Source: Mobula birostris (taxonomy: Eukaryota). From it: DNA of 64,000 bases. Both the position numbers and the translations under genes were made by a program. This document shows, one piece after another, positions 62,620-64,000 of the stretch. The DNA is taken from assembly GCF_030028105.1 (NCBI RefSeq), contig NC_092377.1, positions 40,812,450-40,876,449 of the forward strand. Reading direction: 5' to 3'. The notes below the pieces were generated by a model, which saw nothing but the letters and a program-made list of their open reading frames with translations, did no database searches and was not told where the DNA came from. Position 1 is the stretch's first letter; every line of letters starts with the position of its first letter.

Positions 62620-64000
62620 CGTGATACATGATAATATAGAAAAATAGATAAGAAAATCAATTACGTTAAGTATATGTATGTATATTAAATAGTTAAAAGT
62701 AGTGCAAATAATCTTTTTGACAAGTGAGGTAGTGTTCATGGGTTCAATTTTCATTTAGGAATCGGACTGCAGAGGGGAAGACACTGTTCCTGAATTGCTG
62801 AGTGTGTGCCTTCAGGCTTCTGTACCTCCTACCTGATGATAACTGTGAGAAAAGGGCACGTCCTGGGTGACGGGGCTCCTTAATAATGGACATCGTCTTT
62901 CTGAGGCACCGCTCCTTGAAGATGTCTTGGATAATACGGAGGCTAGTACTCAAGACGGAGCTGACTAATTTTACAACTTTCTGTAGCTTCTGTCGATCCC
63001 GTGCAATAGCCCACCACCACCCACCCCCCTTCATACCAGACACTGATACAACCTGTCAGAGTGCCCTCCACGGAACATCTGTAGAAGTTTTCGAGTGTTT
63101 TTAGGAAACAAACCAAATCTCAGACTCCTAATGAAATATAGCCACTGACTTTCCTTCTTTATGGCTGCGTAGATATGTTGGAACCAGGTTAGATCCTCAA
63201 AGATCTTGAGACCCAGGAACTTGAAATTGCTCACTCTCTCCACTTTTGACCCCTGTATTAGGACCGATGTGTGTTCCCTCGTTTTATCCTTTCTGAAGTC
63301 CACAATCAGCTCTTTGGTCTTGGGCAATGGTATAATTGTTGCCCTTTTGAAGCAAGTGGGAACTTCTGACTGTAGCAGTGAGAGATTGAAAATGTCCCTG
63401 AATACAAAAGCCAATAGATTGAGTGCAAAGTTGTTGCTTCAACACCACTTAACTAACTGGTATATCTCGCTCCTGTACACCCTGTCATCTCCTTAGCTGT
63501 TTCTGCCAACAATGGTCGTATCATCAGCAAATTTATTGATGGTGTTTGAGCTATGCCTAGCCACACAGTCATTGGTATAGAGAGAGTAGAGCAGTGGGCT
63601 AAGCACACATTCCTGAGGTGTGCCAGTGATGACCGTCAGCAAAGAGGAGATATTATTACCAATCCACACAGATTGGGGTCTTCTGGCTAGGAAGCTGAGG
63701 ATCCAATTGCAGAGGATGGCACAGAGGCCCAGGTTCTGTAACTTATTGATCAAGACTGTGGGAATAAGGATGTTAAGAACTCAGCAATAGTCAACGAACA
63801 GCATCCTGACATAGGTGTTTGTATTGTGCAGGTGATCTAAGGCCATGTGAAGAGCCATTGAGATTGTGTCTGCTGTAGACCTATTGTGGCAGTAGGCAAA
63901 TTGCAGTGGGTCCAGGTCCTAGCTGAGGCAGGAGTTCATTCTGGTCATGACCAACCTCTCAAAGCATTTCATCAACGTAGATGTAAGTGCTACTAGACAA
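62620..64000 (-). mobile_element. Rex1-type LINE (RT + C-terminus), runs off the window end
   Basis: CNWILSFL...[20 protein letters not shown]...[11 protein letters not shown]; HPGRALFSQLSSGRRYRSL...FRNSVFPSAVRFLN. Confidence 0.9.

Overview
This is eukaryotic, repeat-dominated genomic DNA, not prokaryotic. The TE repertoire (CR1 and Rex1/Babar LINEs, Penelope-like elements, V-type, CORE-type and Deu-type SINEs, a Tigger derivative, a Sushi-like chromovirus) is typical of a cartilaginous fish, probably a ray or skate; that assignment is inference. I found no convincing host protein-coding gene: the long ORFs are TE remnants or chance ORFs, so the window is probably intergenic or part of a large intron. 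Main elements: a Rex1-clade LINE (3351-5982, -), a non-autonomous Sushi/PEG10-like LTR element with both LTRs and a TSD (6626-9501), a 36-bp minisatellite, a long CR1 with esterase ORF1 end plus APE/RT ORF2 (42172-45392, -), several Penelope fragments carrying minimal hammerhead ribozyme cores, and a Tigger derivative with a 265-bp internal hairpin. The most striking observation is a 35-copy 25-bp tandem array (31586-32460) whose unit is a near-perfect bulged complement of let-7/miR-98. 31 of the 35 units keep the 8-mer seed site CTACCTCA, so it resembles a natural let-7 sponge, and it lies about 130 nt downstream of a same-strand hammerhead core. Boundaries of old, degenerate repeats are approximate.
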